Notes under the pieces: model-generated
What the model was told of the DNA's origin: nothing
Database searches by the model: none
What the model saw: the letters and a program-made list of their open reading frames with translations, nothing else
Shown: one piece after another, positions 1 to 19,252 of the stretch
How the letters are laid out: the number at the start of each line of letters is the position of its first letter
How positions within the stretch are numbered: position 1 is the stretch's first letter
Assembly: GCA_002269645.1 (NCBI GenBank)
Contig: NIVC01000206.1
Coordinates: 434,001-498,000 of the forward strand
Length of the DNA: 64,000 nucleotides
From: Macrostomum lignano
Lineage: Eukaryota
Direction: 5' to 3'
Made by a program: the position numbers and the translations under genes

Positions 1-7358
<7,358 letters not shown>

Positions 7359-7789
7359 CGCAGTAGCTCATCGTGCAACAATATCGAGTATAACTAACGG
7401 CTTATCTATTTGATGATACAATTAAGGCTGATCGGATGCTTAAAACAATGTAAGTATTATTTTGTTAGTTATTCGTCTTTCGAATGCGGAGTGAGTTGGT
7501 CGCGACAGTCGGCCAGGCAGCCAACGAGGATGTGCAATCTGCCCAATCCGTTGTGTTTAGGAGATGGCTTACATGTACTTTCATTCAACTACGCGTACTT
7601 TTCATGCGTGAACAAGCCCCAAATTATAATGTAGACATGCACACGTTAATTTGGTGCTGCTTTGGGAGCGCGAAAATTGGCTAGGAGTTGTCGTGTACGA
7701 TTGACACACACGAGTGCCAACCTCCAAGGCACAGAAGTGCACACGCCTTGAATCAAGGCTCAGGAATCAGCGGTCTTGACTTGAATGGG

Positions 7790-7885
7790 CAGAATTGGCT
7801 CAGCGCTGAGCTTGTGGGACCGATGTCGCCGAAAGCCATTGTGCCCACAGGCCTCCTGCGACTATTAATATTTATTATAATTGTT
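7790..7885 (+). repeat. Dispersed repeat, second copy at ~26080-26160 (possible retroposon 3' end)
   Basis: Shared blocks gaatgggcag..attg.ctcagcgct..gatgtcgcc..cccacaggcct followed by an AT-rich (att)-like tail in both copies. Confidence 0.45.
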
Positions 7886-10203
7886 TTATACCACAAAAAT
7901 GCGAAATTTACCACTTGAACAATTGCAGCCTACCATCGTCGAAGCAATTATCAATCATTAGCCAGAGAACAACAACATGACAGATTATCTGAAAAGTTGA
8001 GCTGTTTTTCTTGCGGAACGGTCCGCGTGCGGTGGAACTGCGCGGCACCCCAATAAGTGTAGCTTACCAAATTACTGTCACAATATTTGTAAATAACTTC
8101 ACTAAAAATTGTATGAGTCTCGTAAAGCAGGTCCTCTCTTGCTATACTAAACGTTTTTTCAGGTTATAGTGAAGTGAACATGTATCACGCTTTGTTGTTG
8201 TTTACTTTTCAATTGCATGTTTTACACCGTATCAATAACCTATAAGTTACGACAAATCATATTTTACAGATCTGGATAAAAATTATTAATTTAAGTCTGT
8301 GCTAAAATTAATAATTAGGCTTCACTACATAATTTCATGTGAATTTTCACGCGTTTAACTGTATTGCGATTTGCTGAGTGCTTGCACTTTATTATAACCT
8401 AGGGAGCTGGAAAACAGCTCAACTCTTTGAGCAGAGTTACTCATAGCTAACCAAAATTTTCAATGCAGTTCCTTAAAAATTAAAAAGAAAAAAGGCTATT
8501 CTATTTTTACACTGTGTACTTTTAATTTTTGTTATTCTTTATTGTTTTGCTCACTAACTAAAGTACTTAACAGCTTTTTGTTTAACCTGTTTTGTTAAAG
8601 CTTTATGAACTACTAAAAAATGCTTTAACGCGTCACTTACAGCTGCCTGTACAGAGTACTTTTTTGTTTGAATGCGTGCGAATTCGTTTCGCTGATTTTG
8701 ATGCATATGTAGTCTACTTTGAACAAAGACTGTTCTAGCTGTTGTCTGTTGCCGAGTTTCATTTTGAAACAAAATCATTTCGCTGACTTTGTACTTTTAC
8801 GATTTGTTGCTGTACTTTTTTCTTTTTGCTGAACGTTCATTAATCGGCCCTCAATTGTTTTTTTGCTAAAAATGTACCAAAGATATCGTATATGAGTACT
8901 TCTTGTAAAATTGCTGCAATTCGATGTATTAACTGCGTTCAAAAATAATTTAAGGAATGTCTTCATCAGAAGGCCCAAGTAGAGAATACTGTATCTTCCG
9001 CAAGTTTTTTGTTGCAAACAATTAACTGCTGAGCTGCAGAATTGCTTCACTTTAGACTGCATGCGTGCAGTAAAATGATTTCAAAATTCGCCCTGGATTT
9101 TATCGTTTTCGAGTACTTTTCTGCGTGTCATTTAGAGTTAACCGTTGGCTCATAGGTCATTAAATCTTAATTAATTATGCTTCATTACTACTCCTGGTAA
9201 TAAAACAGTTTCTAAAGATATTTTTGCTTGAAGTTTTTCTTCGGCTTTGGCTCACCAATAACAATTTGCTCCACACATAAGGCGTTCATTTGATGGAGCA
9301 TAATATTTTAAGATCTGAAATTATAGACTTTTACAGCCGCTTTGATTTTGTCTATATTGCTATACGAGCTATGCTTGTTTAAGTAGAGAAAAAATAATAT
9401 AACCCATTTCATTTTTTCGTGTCTGCAGTAAAACAAAATGCACGCAATTTTTTCAAGGTCCCAATAATGACAGCACACTGCGCGAGCTACTTTGTGGGGC
9501 TATGGGCATTTGGATAAAGCTTTTGCATTAAACGACTTTCAAAATTGTACTCATTTATAGCCCAAATAATTGATGACGTGTTTTATCATATTGTTTTTGT
9601 GTTATTGACTTTTATCGGTAATCAGGATATCGTGTATTATATTTAGTGCATATCTCTCTTGTATTGTGCTTGTAAGTGACAATGGCAGTGTAGCTAAACT
9701 GGGATAATCCGTGTTTGTTGGTTTGTTTGATTATATTTTTGTAGCCAATTTTCTGGACCAATATTTATGGCGTGCTCAGTCTGTGTTCTTTTTTTCAATT
9801 GAGTCGCTTCATGTTATGCTATGTGGAAAAATTTTAATTTTTTTGATCGCTTCATTTTCTGCTCGTTTTTTGCCTGTGCTCAGCTGTTAAGCTATACCAA
9901 TTTGTTTCAAACTTTTTTCAAAGAATACTCGGTAAAAAAATAAAATCAGCATATTCTGTTTTGATGGTAGAGTAAAGAAAATTGCTTCCGTACTAAAAGC
10001 TAAATTCTGTTAAATTAAGAATAATATTTATTGAAATTTAAGTGATGCTAACAGAATTCTACCGTTGCCTTTCCTAATTTTACAATGTTTATACGCGCAG
10101 CATGTACAGCAGCTAAACTTTGCATTATATCTACGACAACTTCGACAAGCTCAATTGTATTTAAGTAAAGGATAAGGTATCGACTTATTACATGAACATT
10201 TAC

Positions 10204-10714
10204 GGGGGTTGTAGCCTGGTGGTCAGAGCGTCGAACTCACACGACTGCTGAAAGGTCAGGGGTTCGATTCTGGATCCACTTGGAACAATTTGTGTCCTTG
10301 ACCAAGACAATTCACTCTGCATTGCTTCAGTTTACCCAGCTGTAAAATGGGTGCCAGCATTAGCTGGGGTAATTGAGGGTTGTACGTGTGTGGCGACCCC
10401 CCCCCCCAAGTCCTTGGACTGAACAGCCAACTCCAGCTAGCAGGCCATTTCATCCGAGCCGAGTCGTATACTGCCCACAGCCGGTGCAGGAGGTGCTGCT
10501 GCTGACGCTGCAGGCACCCTACCGGCGGGGGCAGGCGCGCACTGCCTGCTGGCTGATGCCGGCGGCCCGGACACTGCCGGCGGCGCGGCCTACGTTCGCG
10601 CCAAGGCCTTGAAACGCGCCTTGTGACATTGTCTGCTGACTGACTGACAACGTCTTTTGTTGTTGTTGTTTTTGTTGTTGTTGTTGTTGTTGTTGTTGTT
10701 TTTGTTGTTGTTGT
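10204..10714 (+). mobile_element. tRNA-derived SINE with CORE-like domain and (TTG)n tail
   Basis: A-box-like tagcctggtgg, B-box ggttcgattc (10261-10270). Then tgtgtccttgaccaagac...cttcagtttacccagctgtaaaatgggt, resembling the MIR/CORE motif (recalled: cctcagtttcctcatctgtaaaatgggg). TTG tail ~10655-10714. The 3' extent is inferred. Confidence 0.7.
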
Positions 10715-11475
10715 ACCGGTAAATTGGCACGCTTGTATGCACTCAGGAGGCGATGTCGATGACAAATTGAGTTACTTTTGAGTCAACGTAAACAGACGCT
10801 AGTAAATGACATTTAAAAAAAACAAATTATCTGCGAAGTACAGCTGCATGTAAAAAAGCTTTTATTCGTCGGCATTCGTCAGGCGTAATTTTCAAGTACG
10901 TCTTTATCGTCGAAATTGTACTCAAGGTAAGTTTGTTTATTTCCAAACTTTGATTCTACGAGCGTAAATGTAGGTCTCCTTGATACTCGTCAGCAACATA
11001 AAAAATTCGCCATCACAGAAGATTCCGTCTGTCGTCGCCATTTTTAAGAGTGCAGGTAAAGTCTCTCTCAATCTTTGCGAGTGACGCAACTCAGCTACGC
11101 CGCGCTGCAGACTTGAGTTGAGGAATGAAATTGGGGGATCGGTGTGCGAGGATTGGACGGATTAAAGCTACCCCGATCAGTTTTCTTGCATCTTTTATTT
11201 CAGAAGGGACGCATGATTAAGCGCGCATGACATAAACTGCGATATTGAGTTCTACCACCGGGACCTGTCACGACTGATTAAGGCACCCTAATCTGTGGGT
11301 TGTACCTGGACAGCCTCATGAAAGCGATTAAAACGCACGGGCAAGACTGCCAAAGGATGAGGGGGGCGAAAAGTTCGGCGATTAAAACACAAGTCGCTGC
11401 TGCAGTCGAAGAGACTGTTCACTGTTGTCACACGTTACCAAGAAGGTGGTGGACACCGTTCGCCCGGCCTCAGAG

Positions 11476-11730
11476 CAGCCAGTGCTGGATCATCAGCTGC
11501 AGCCAATGCCGGACCATCAGCTGCAGCAGTGCCGGACCATCAGCTGCAGCAGTGCCGGACCATCAGCTGCAGCCAGTGCTGGACCATCAACTGCAGCCAG
11601 TGCCGGACTATCAGCTGCAGCCAGTGCCGGACTATCAGCTGCAGCCAGTGCCGGACTATCAGCTGCAGCCAGTGCCGGACTATCAGCTGCAGCCAGTACC
11701 GGACTATCAGCTGCAGCCAGTGACAGACCA
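11476..11730. repeat. 24-bp minisatellite CAGCCAGTGCCGGACTATCAGCTG
   Basis: About 10 tandem copies; explains the QPVPDYQL-type ORFs. Confidence 0.92.
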
Positions 11731-11960
11731 TCAAAACCCGGCCTAAAACTTGCATAACAAGTGGTTCTATTCTTAGCTACTGAACATTTTACCATTTTAA
11801 ATCGGAACATTTTACTATTTTTAATCGCAAAATTTTAACATGTTAAGTCTGAACATTTTAACTTTGTGAAAAATAGATATAGAGAAAATAAAGCTTCCTG
11901 ACTTTGTGCCGGACCATCAGCTTCGGGACTTTCTGTCGTATAGTCGTAAAAATTGTCTCC

Positions 11961-12098
11961 GCGCTTATGTCTCAGCCGTAAAAATGGGGCCTGCGCGCTT
12001 ATGTCTCAGCCGTAAAAATGGGGCCTGTGCGCTTATGTCTCAGCCGTAAAAATGGGGCCTGTGCGCTTATGTCTCAGCCGTAAAAATGGGGCCTGCGC
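11961..12098. repeat. 34-bp tandem repeat, ~4 copies
   Basis: gcgcttatgtctcagccgtaaaaatggggcctgy, copies starting at 11961 and 11995 onward; lies just downstream of the dispanin stop codon. Confidence 0.9.
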
Positions 12099-12285
12099 GG
12101 TAAAGTCACTGTGGTTTTTGCGCGTGTGCCTCTGTGGCGCGCTTATTTCCACACTTGCCAAAAATACACATGTCACGCTCCCTTTCAGAATAGTACAATA
12201 GAAATTGCTCACTGGCGCATAGAGTGGCGATTTTTCAATGTTGCCGAGTACATGCAGGTGTCCAATAATATTAGTAGCAAGAGAG

Positions 12286-13576
12286 TCAGTCGAGATTATC
12301 AGCAAAAAATCCCTGACCGGACGCGGACGCAGCGGCAGCCAGCAGGGCAGCCACCGCCAGCATGGTGGCAGCGATCGCGATCAGGCTGACGCCGCAGGCC
12401 GCGTAGCCCAGCTGCCTGGCCCGCCCCAGCGCCAGCTCGTCGATGGGTCTCAGCACATCGTCGACTCCGGACCGTCTGTACCAGGCGTGCGACCGGAGTG
12501 ACAGGCAGACGGCCACCAACCCGAGCAAGCAATTGAAGAATACGGCGGTGAGAAGGGACACGCCCAGGAAGGTGACTGCCTGTGGATTGCCGATGTACCT
12601 GCTCTCTGTTGGGTTGGTGGCGGAAATTTGTCTGACCTGGTCTGCGCGACTCACTCCGAGTTGAGAGGCTCGAGTGCGAAGACAAGTGAGAACAATTTGC
12701 TGTTGCTGCTTCTGCGGTGGGCAAGTGTGAAATTTAGATGTTGAAGAGTTTGTTGCAGGGAAACGATCGTTAGTTTAAATTTGGGGATGTCAACTCAAAG
12801 CTAAAGCGATGGAATGGAGCTTAGCCCGAAGTAGTAAAGCATCTGGGCCCAACACAGAATTTTTAGAAACCTTGAGAGTTCATGGATGGGACATTGATCT
12901 GTGCTTTATTAGACATCCCTTTGGGCGATCAGCACACTGCAGCCTGAATCTATAACAACTGTGACCTTGAGGAAGACTGTGACCTTTAGGATTTTTCTAC
13001 ATGTAGTAGCACCAGTTCGTGACCTTGAGAAGAATCACAAGACTGAATTTTCCAACGTGTAGCTCCTTCGTGACCTTCACTATCCCACCACTAGACTTGA
13101 GATACGAGCGTAGGCTCTATGTAGCTCCTCTGTGACCTTGAGAAGAACCACACTAATGAATTTTCGTAGCTCCTAGCTCCATGCATCTTCAGTTGAAAGA
13201 CCGGCCATTTAATTCTGTACCTCTGTTAGAGAGGAGAATTCTCACTGCATGGATGTGAAGTATTTCAATATTTAAGCAAAAAATTTTACATAATGGAAGC
13301 TCTACTCACCGCATGCAACGTACATGTATTTTGAACCCAATCCAAAGATCCGGCATCATTTTGCGACTCCTCATCATCTTGATCGCTATCCGAATCCTCA
13401 GCCTGCAGTGCTGCCGAGTTCGCCGCGTACAACCAACCTCTTCTTGTTACACCGTTCAGCGCTGCCGACCCGGAAGACATTGAATCTGACGAGCCATAGC
13501 TCAGCTCGACTACCGATGAGCTGCAAACAGCAGTGGCTGCTGTTTTATTCCCAAGGGTTACCGCGTCTCGTAGCAT
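12286..13576 (-). CDS. CD225/dispanin-family membrane protein (IFITM/SynDIG/PRRT-like), ~230 aa; exons 13576-13310 and 12711-12286
   Basis: ATG at 13576, donor G|GTGAGT at 13309, acceptor ttcacacttgcccaccgcag| at 12712; both phase 0. C-terminal TFLGVSLLTAVFFNCLLGLVAVCLSLRS...RARQLGYAACGVSLIAIAATMLAVAALL has the two-hydrophobic-segment CD225 layout, preceded by an acidic EDSDSDQDDEES stretch. The true start is uncertain. Confidence 0.68.
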
Positions 13577-14551
13577 ACTTTTCTGTCCTTGTTAAAGACA
13601 GGAAATGTGGAAATCCCGTCTCTTTTATAGCTACTGGGATATTTCCTTGCTTTTTTATGCTCGTAACCCCCTGCAGGCAAAAAATCCCTAAATGAGAAAA
13701 TTTCTGTTCTTTCAAACTGAAAGAATTCTGGCAATCGAGTTTTCTTATTTATGCCTGACATGATTCGCATGGGGATTAGGCCGCCTAATATGCATGTAAA
13801 GTTGATAATAACATGCATGCAATTTACTTTCTCCTGGGAAGAGCGAAATTGGTTGCAGATTTGCGTTCTAAAAGACTGCAGGCTTAATTTTATCTACCAA
13901 TCAGTGATAAGTACTTTACATAATATATTCATATTCATAAACTGCAATCGCGTTAGCATACTACGTGCATTGGAGTAAGCTTACATAAGCAAGCATTTTA
14001 GGACTTATGATGAGGACGCACTTTTTCCCAAATCCCGCGCTAGCACATGGGCTCTAAACTTACTAGCCTACTAACAGTGGGCGATGGGCATTTTTATCCT
14101 TTTTCTGCAAATTGTCATAGAATCTATACTAGATATAATGTCTGGCCATACTAGTAGTCATAATAACATAGGCATTGCTTTTTGGGTCGTAAATCATCGC
14201 TTTCGAAGCTGGTCTGACAGCCACCTGCGCCTCACTCAGTGTTGAGACGGGCGCCAGATGGTCTGAGAGGATGCGGGCGGTAGCTTTTTTCTCATCATTT
14301 TGACAGGCCATCAAGATTTATGAGGTCAGAGCCTATTGTTCGGATTCACTCAAGCGTGTGACAGCTTTGACAGCTATGCGTTTTACCCCTAAAAGTACTC
14401 TGGGATTAGCGATTAGCAATTTCTCTTCATTATCTTCACTTTCTATTTAATAAGAGCTTTCTAATGTATATTTTTCCATTAATTTCTGTCAATCCTACGC
14501 GAAAAGTCATAAATCATTTTGTTGCGATTTTGAGTGATTTATGGCCGCACC

Positions 14552-15900
14552 TGTCATCTTTTTACGACCCTGTGGGAACTGATAGGATCTCTCGGTCACG
14601 TGATTCTGGGTAGCAACAAGCTTAGCCAATCAGAAAATTCGGCGCTCATTTTAACAAAATGGCTCAGCCAATCAGAATCGACGTGTTCCATTATAACAAA
14701 CTGCGGTCCAGTTGGCGGCTATTTAAACCGGAGTTTTTGGCCCGCTCGGACGCAACTCTTGCTCGGGCCCAGCACGCAACTTCTGGTTCCCGGAGCGCGA
14801 CCGTCGTTTCTTGATCCCCGGATTGCGACTTCCCCCCATCATCATCAAGGACGAATCCCCCGGTCGTCAGCAGCGAACATCAAGCGAAGATCATCACCTG
14901 CTAGCTATCAGCGAAGATTGTGTCAGCATCATCCCGAGTCTACAGCTGCGAAGCATCAAGCCGATTCGGTCACTGTGGATTTCCTGGTCTCCGGCTGTTG
15001 AGTTTCTGATTGGTTGGGTGAGAGGCTACCTAGACTTGCTTGATTGGGTGATTCCCTATCTGTCCCCTGTTTCGGTAGCTGAATTAGGCGCACACTTTTG
15101 CTCATTTTGTTCAGTAGTGCTGTTACTGAGGCAGAAATCACTTAATAATACTACTAGTAGTCTGAAACTCCAATTCAATCTGAAGTGTGAAGTGATCTAA
15201 GGAGAAGGTTAAATCTAACAGTTATTTTTATCGGTTTTATTTCTTTGTTCGCCGATGGCTCAGATGAGTAGCTAAGCTAGTAGGCGCCGGTCACAGTGGA
15301 CCAATGGCAAGGCGGTTCTCAGTCGATCAATCTACCAAATCAGTGAGCAAAACTGCCAAAAGTGCAGAATCGGCGCCAGAGATGTACTTTGTGCACTCTA
15401 GGTTAGCCAAGCGGCTCGGGTAATGAATCATGCGGTCTCTGAAGTTCGAGTTAGTCTATCATCAGCGCTATGAGAGGCTAGTTGGCGCGTTGAAGGCCAA
15501 AAGTACCTATCTTCGTATTTAGCAATGTAATAGTACATGTAGCTACCCCATAGCCTCGCCACTGCAAGAATCCCCTGCACAAGTCCCCTCTGTACCTGCA
15601 TGGCCAATGCGATCTAGTCCCAGCAGTGTCCCTTATCATCGGCTATGACTTCGAGATTGACAGCAAAAAGACACTAGTTCGCAGGTAAGTGCAAAGCCCC
15701 TTCTAGTCGGAAGCCCGATTTCGAGAGTCCCGGTGTGGTGAGCCAGGACGCACGGGCTGGTGGCAGCGAGTTAGCTTAGTCTGCGGATTAGCTAATTTCT
15801 ACCTTCAAAATTCTCCCTGCTTGTCTCTCGCTGTCCCTCTCTTAGCTATAGGACCTAGACTGCTCGCCACACGATCAAGCTACCATGGGGCTGACCATCT
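14552..15900 (+). mobile_element. Probable decayed LTR retrotransposon (LTR-like segment ~14552-15220 plus degenerate gag-like sequence)
   Basis: Two gccaatcag CCAAT boxes, TATA-like ctatttaaa (~14718), TG start and CA end candidates, followed by GC-richer sequence with broken reading frames. No clear PBS or TSD found. Confidence 0.35.
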
Positions 15901-17692
15901 GACAGGAGTGGGGGGCCAGGACTCTAATTGATTTATTTCTGAGGCCTGAGGCCCGAAGGCTTCCTAACAAGGAGCCCGAAGGTCGAAACCCATCACTTAG
16001 ACTACATAAACACAGAATTCGCTGCACCCAGCTACTATTAGTATTATACGATTTTAGCGCCTAACCCGCAAATAAGCTGTTTTTTGGCACCTGATTTATT
16101 TGGCAACGCAAGTGATCGAGAAGCTTCCATGATCTTTGGGCATTAAAAAAATGACGCATAAATATGTAGTACCATGTACATATACAATAAATAGATGTAT
16201 CATTTTTACAAATGTTCGTACAAAAATGTGTAGCTAAGTCTATACAGCCATCAGTAAACAATATTTCGAATTAGCTATTTTGAAGTATGATATAAAGAAT
16301 ATGCTACTTATTTATTGACATATTGCAGTTAAAGATAAATTAAAAAGGATATAAAATGTTCCACGTAAAAAATTATTCTGTATCTAGCTATGAAGTACAG
16401 CTTAATTGGCTTAATTTTATTTCTTACAGTGTAAATCATAAAAATTCATAATGTTATATTACTTCGGATTTACGCATTTCTCTAAATCTGATCAGAACGG
16501 TCAGACGACGCACAAATTTAAATAATGCTTACTTAGAAAGAATTTTCGTAATCTACTGCGCAGTGCAGTGCAGATACATTGAATTTAATTGGATTGACGA
16601 CACAAGAGCTTACACTGACCAGTGACCTGTCCTAGCTTTAATTCTTATTCTTATGAAATATTACAGAAAAGCTTTAAAATACCTATTTTAACCATAAAAC
16701 ATGTTAAAATGCGTTTAAACTAAACCAGAGCAATAAAAATAAAATATATTTGGCTAATCTGAGTCAATCTCAATCAGTGTAACATTTATATTTTTGTTTT
16801 ATAAATGTATAGCAGTCAATGAGTCAAGCTAGTTTAGGCCTTTTTTCTTAGATTTTATTATGTAAATTTGTGCCATCCAGCACAAGGTTTATTCTGTGTA
16901 ATATAACTTAGGGTAAAGCCAAAGGTAATATTGCCAGCTTCAGTTTGGAATCATTTTAGTAAAGTGCATATGTGGAAATGATTGTAAACCGAAGGTAAGG
17001 GGAGTGCAAAGATGAAGGGGGATTTTTATATCCTCAATCTAGAATAAGCAGCAGTTTTCTGCATGTGACTATTTGTTGTATTTGATGCACTTTCCTACAG
17101 CCAAGCCCAGCTTCAATTCATAATCATTTCAATTTTCAATGGGCAACATACATTTGGGTGATCATAAAACAAAGGTAAAATTATAAGCTACAGTCTAGTC
17201 TTTACTATCTTTTGAAATAAACAAAGTTAGTTTGCCAACTTTTGATTTTGTTCCATTGGAAACCACCATTGGGTTCTATGTTGTACAATTGTTTTTAGTA
17301 GTGATTGTGACTGAGGTAATTGTCATTGTTCCATAGTCCGGATCATGTAGCCTAGGATATGCCCGAAAATTCAGGCATGCATTTGCTTTGCACGCCAAAG
17401 TTGGCATGCATAGTTGGCGTGCAATGGCACACGCACTAAAAGTTGGCATGCATCACTCCTGAGAAAATAGTATGCGTGCACACCTGGCGTGCACTTTATA
17501 GAATCACGCGTAAGAGTTATTGTAAAGTACGTAAGAAAAAAGATGAAAAAAGTTCATTTTAAGCGCAAATTTCAAGCTTTCCAGGTTTTTCTAGCTTGTA
17601 AAAGACTATTTAAACAAATTTTTGCATGTATAAACTTTCCACTGTAAATAGTATCGCCAAGAAAGCTTTAAAAGCAACAAAATTATTTAATA

Positions 17693-18968
17693 TTAGGGTA
17701 AGCCAAAAGTTTCCAGAATTTTTTAGAATCAAACTTTTAGTTAATTTTTGTCTATGGAAAAGCTTAAAAGCAGCAACCATCTACTATGCTGTTGGCCAGC
17801 CTTATCATCACTCTTTAGCTTAACATTGCTCAGTTTCCCAGACCCTGCCTACTTAAGCCAGCAAACGAATCCAATGGAACTGCCAAGAACTGAATGGCAA
17901 GCAATTCTGCTCAACCACTTTCATGTGGGACGCAACGCAGCAAAGGCACATCGCGAGTTGTTGCAGCTGATGGGCCCACATGCACCCTCCAAGTCGTCGG
18001 TGTACGACTGGTTCTCTCACTTTGCTGAGGAGAACTATGAGCTGAAGGACAAGCCGAGGTCAGGCCAACCCCCTGCTGCTGATGGCGATGCCGTTCTCCA
18101 AGCCCTTGAGGACAATCCGGACGACAGCGTGTGCAAGCTGTCAGCCGCTACTGGGGTGTCCTATGGCATGGTCTGGCGGAGCCTGCATGCTGCGGACAAG
18201 GTGCTGAAGAAGCCAACTCTGGTGCCCCATGAGCTGACACCTCAGCAGCTGAGAGCCAGGGTGGATGTGGCAACTTCGAATCTTCGCCAGGCCAGTTTGC
18301 CAAACTTTCTCAAGTTGATAATCGCTCAAGACGAGAAGTGTGTCTGCTATAAGAACCCAAGCACATCAGCCATCTGGGTCGATGCTTCTGAAGAACCACC
18401 CAGCTGCCCAATGTGGAACCCCCACTGTGGCAAGGAGCTGTTCTCTTTCTTGTTCTGCTTGTCTGGCCCTGTTTTCTGGGAGGTCATCCCGCATGACATG
18501 GCTGTGAATGCGGAGGTGATCTGCAGCAAACTGGAGCAGGTCGCCCATTTGCTGCGATCTGTGTGCCCGGGACACCACGACAAGGTGCTACTCTTCGACA
18601 ATGCGCGGCCTCACAAAGCAAGACTCACCCAGGCCAAGCTGGCAAGCCTGGGCTTCAGTGTTTTGCCCCACCCACCATACTCGCCAGACCTCTTGCCATG
18701 CAACTACCATGTGTTCAGGTCTCTCCAGAGCTTTCCTGATGGATAGTGGTTCGCTAACAAGCAACATGTAGAGCAGGCAGTGCAGAAATAGATTGATTCA
18801 AAGCCTGCGAGCTTCTGGAGGGAGGGGATTGAGGCATTGCCAGCAAGATGGGAGAGGGTCAGGGCCTTGAATGGCAACTACATCATATCGCTGTAAACTG
18901 TTTGTTCTTGACACTATTTGTTATAGTTTTAAAATGTTCAAATTCCAGAAACTTTTGGCTCATTAATT
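17693..18968 (+). mobile_element. Mariner (DD34D) transposon, ~1.28 kb, inactive
   Basis: TIR core agccaaaagtttc..gaattt at 17701-17721 and its inverse at 18940-18960; outer TIR bases degenerate; internal transposase. Confidence 0.88.
17874..18896 (+). pseudogene. Mariner transposase pseudogene (340 codons)
   Basis: Motifs LVPHEL, QDEK, FDNARPH, HPPYSPDLLPCNY. The third catalytic Asp is Asn (D34N). In-frame TAG stops at 18744-18746 and after ...AVQK; the frame continues to ...LPARWERVRALNGNYIISL*. Confidence 0.9.
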
Positions 18969-19210
18969 AAGGGTCTATTACGCAATTTAAAAAAAGGTCT
19001 TTTATTGTCATAACACCCGCATATTTTTGAGAATAGGTGTGCACTAAATTTTTTTCGGTGTGCATTTGTAATTATTCAATTTTTGTTCGGGCATGCACCC
19101 AGCATAATCTGGACTATGGTCATTGTTTAAGGTGATCATTAACCAAAGGAATCCCAAATTTAAATAGGTCTAAAGAATTTTGTAACAATGGTAAATAAAT
19201 AAATCTAGTG

Positions 19211-19252
<42 letters not shown>

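Larger units (their letters stand above)
17331..19119. mobile_element. Non-autonomous TIR element (CCATAG...CTATGG), 8-bp TSD, host of the mariner insertion
   Basis: TIR ccatagtcc(g/a)gat(c/t)atg...atgcccgaa at both ends. Exact TSD TCATTGTT at 17323-17330 and 19120-19127. About 0.5 kb once the mariner is removed. Confidence 0.8.

Noticed and set aside
12299-12724. 141-aa minus-strand ORF and plus-strand ORFs overlapping the dispanin exon
   Set aside because: Alternative frames of the same GC-rich exon without recognisable features.
15936-15995. Hammerhead-like string (ctaacaa-ggagcccgaaggtc-gaaac)
   Set aside because: The core would need two substitutions, stem II is imperfect, and no stem I/III partners or cleavage triplet could be placed.
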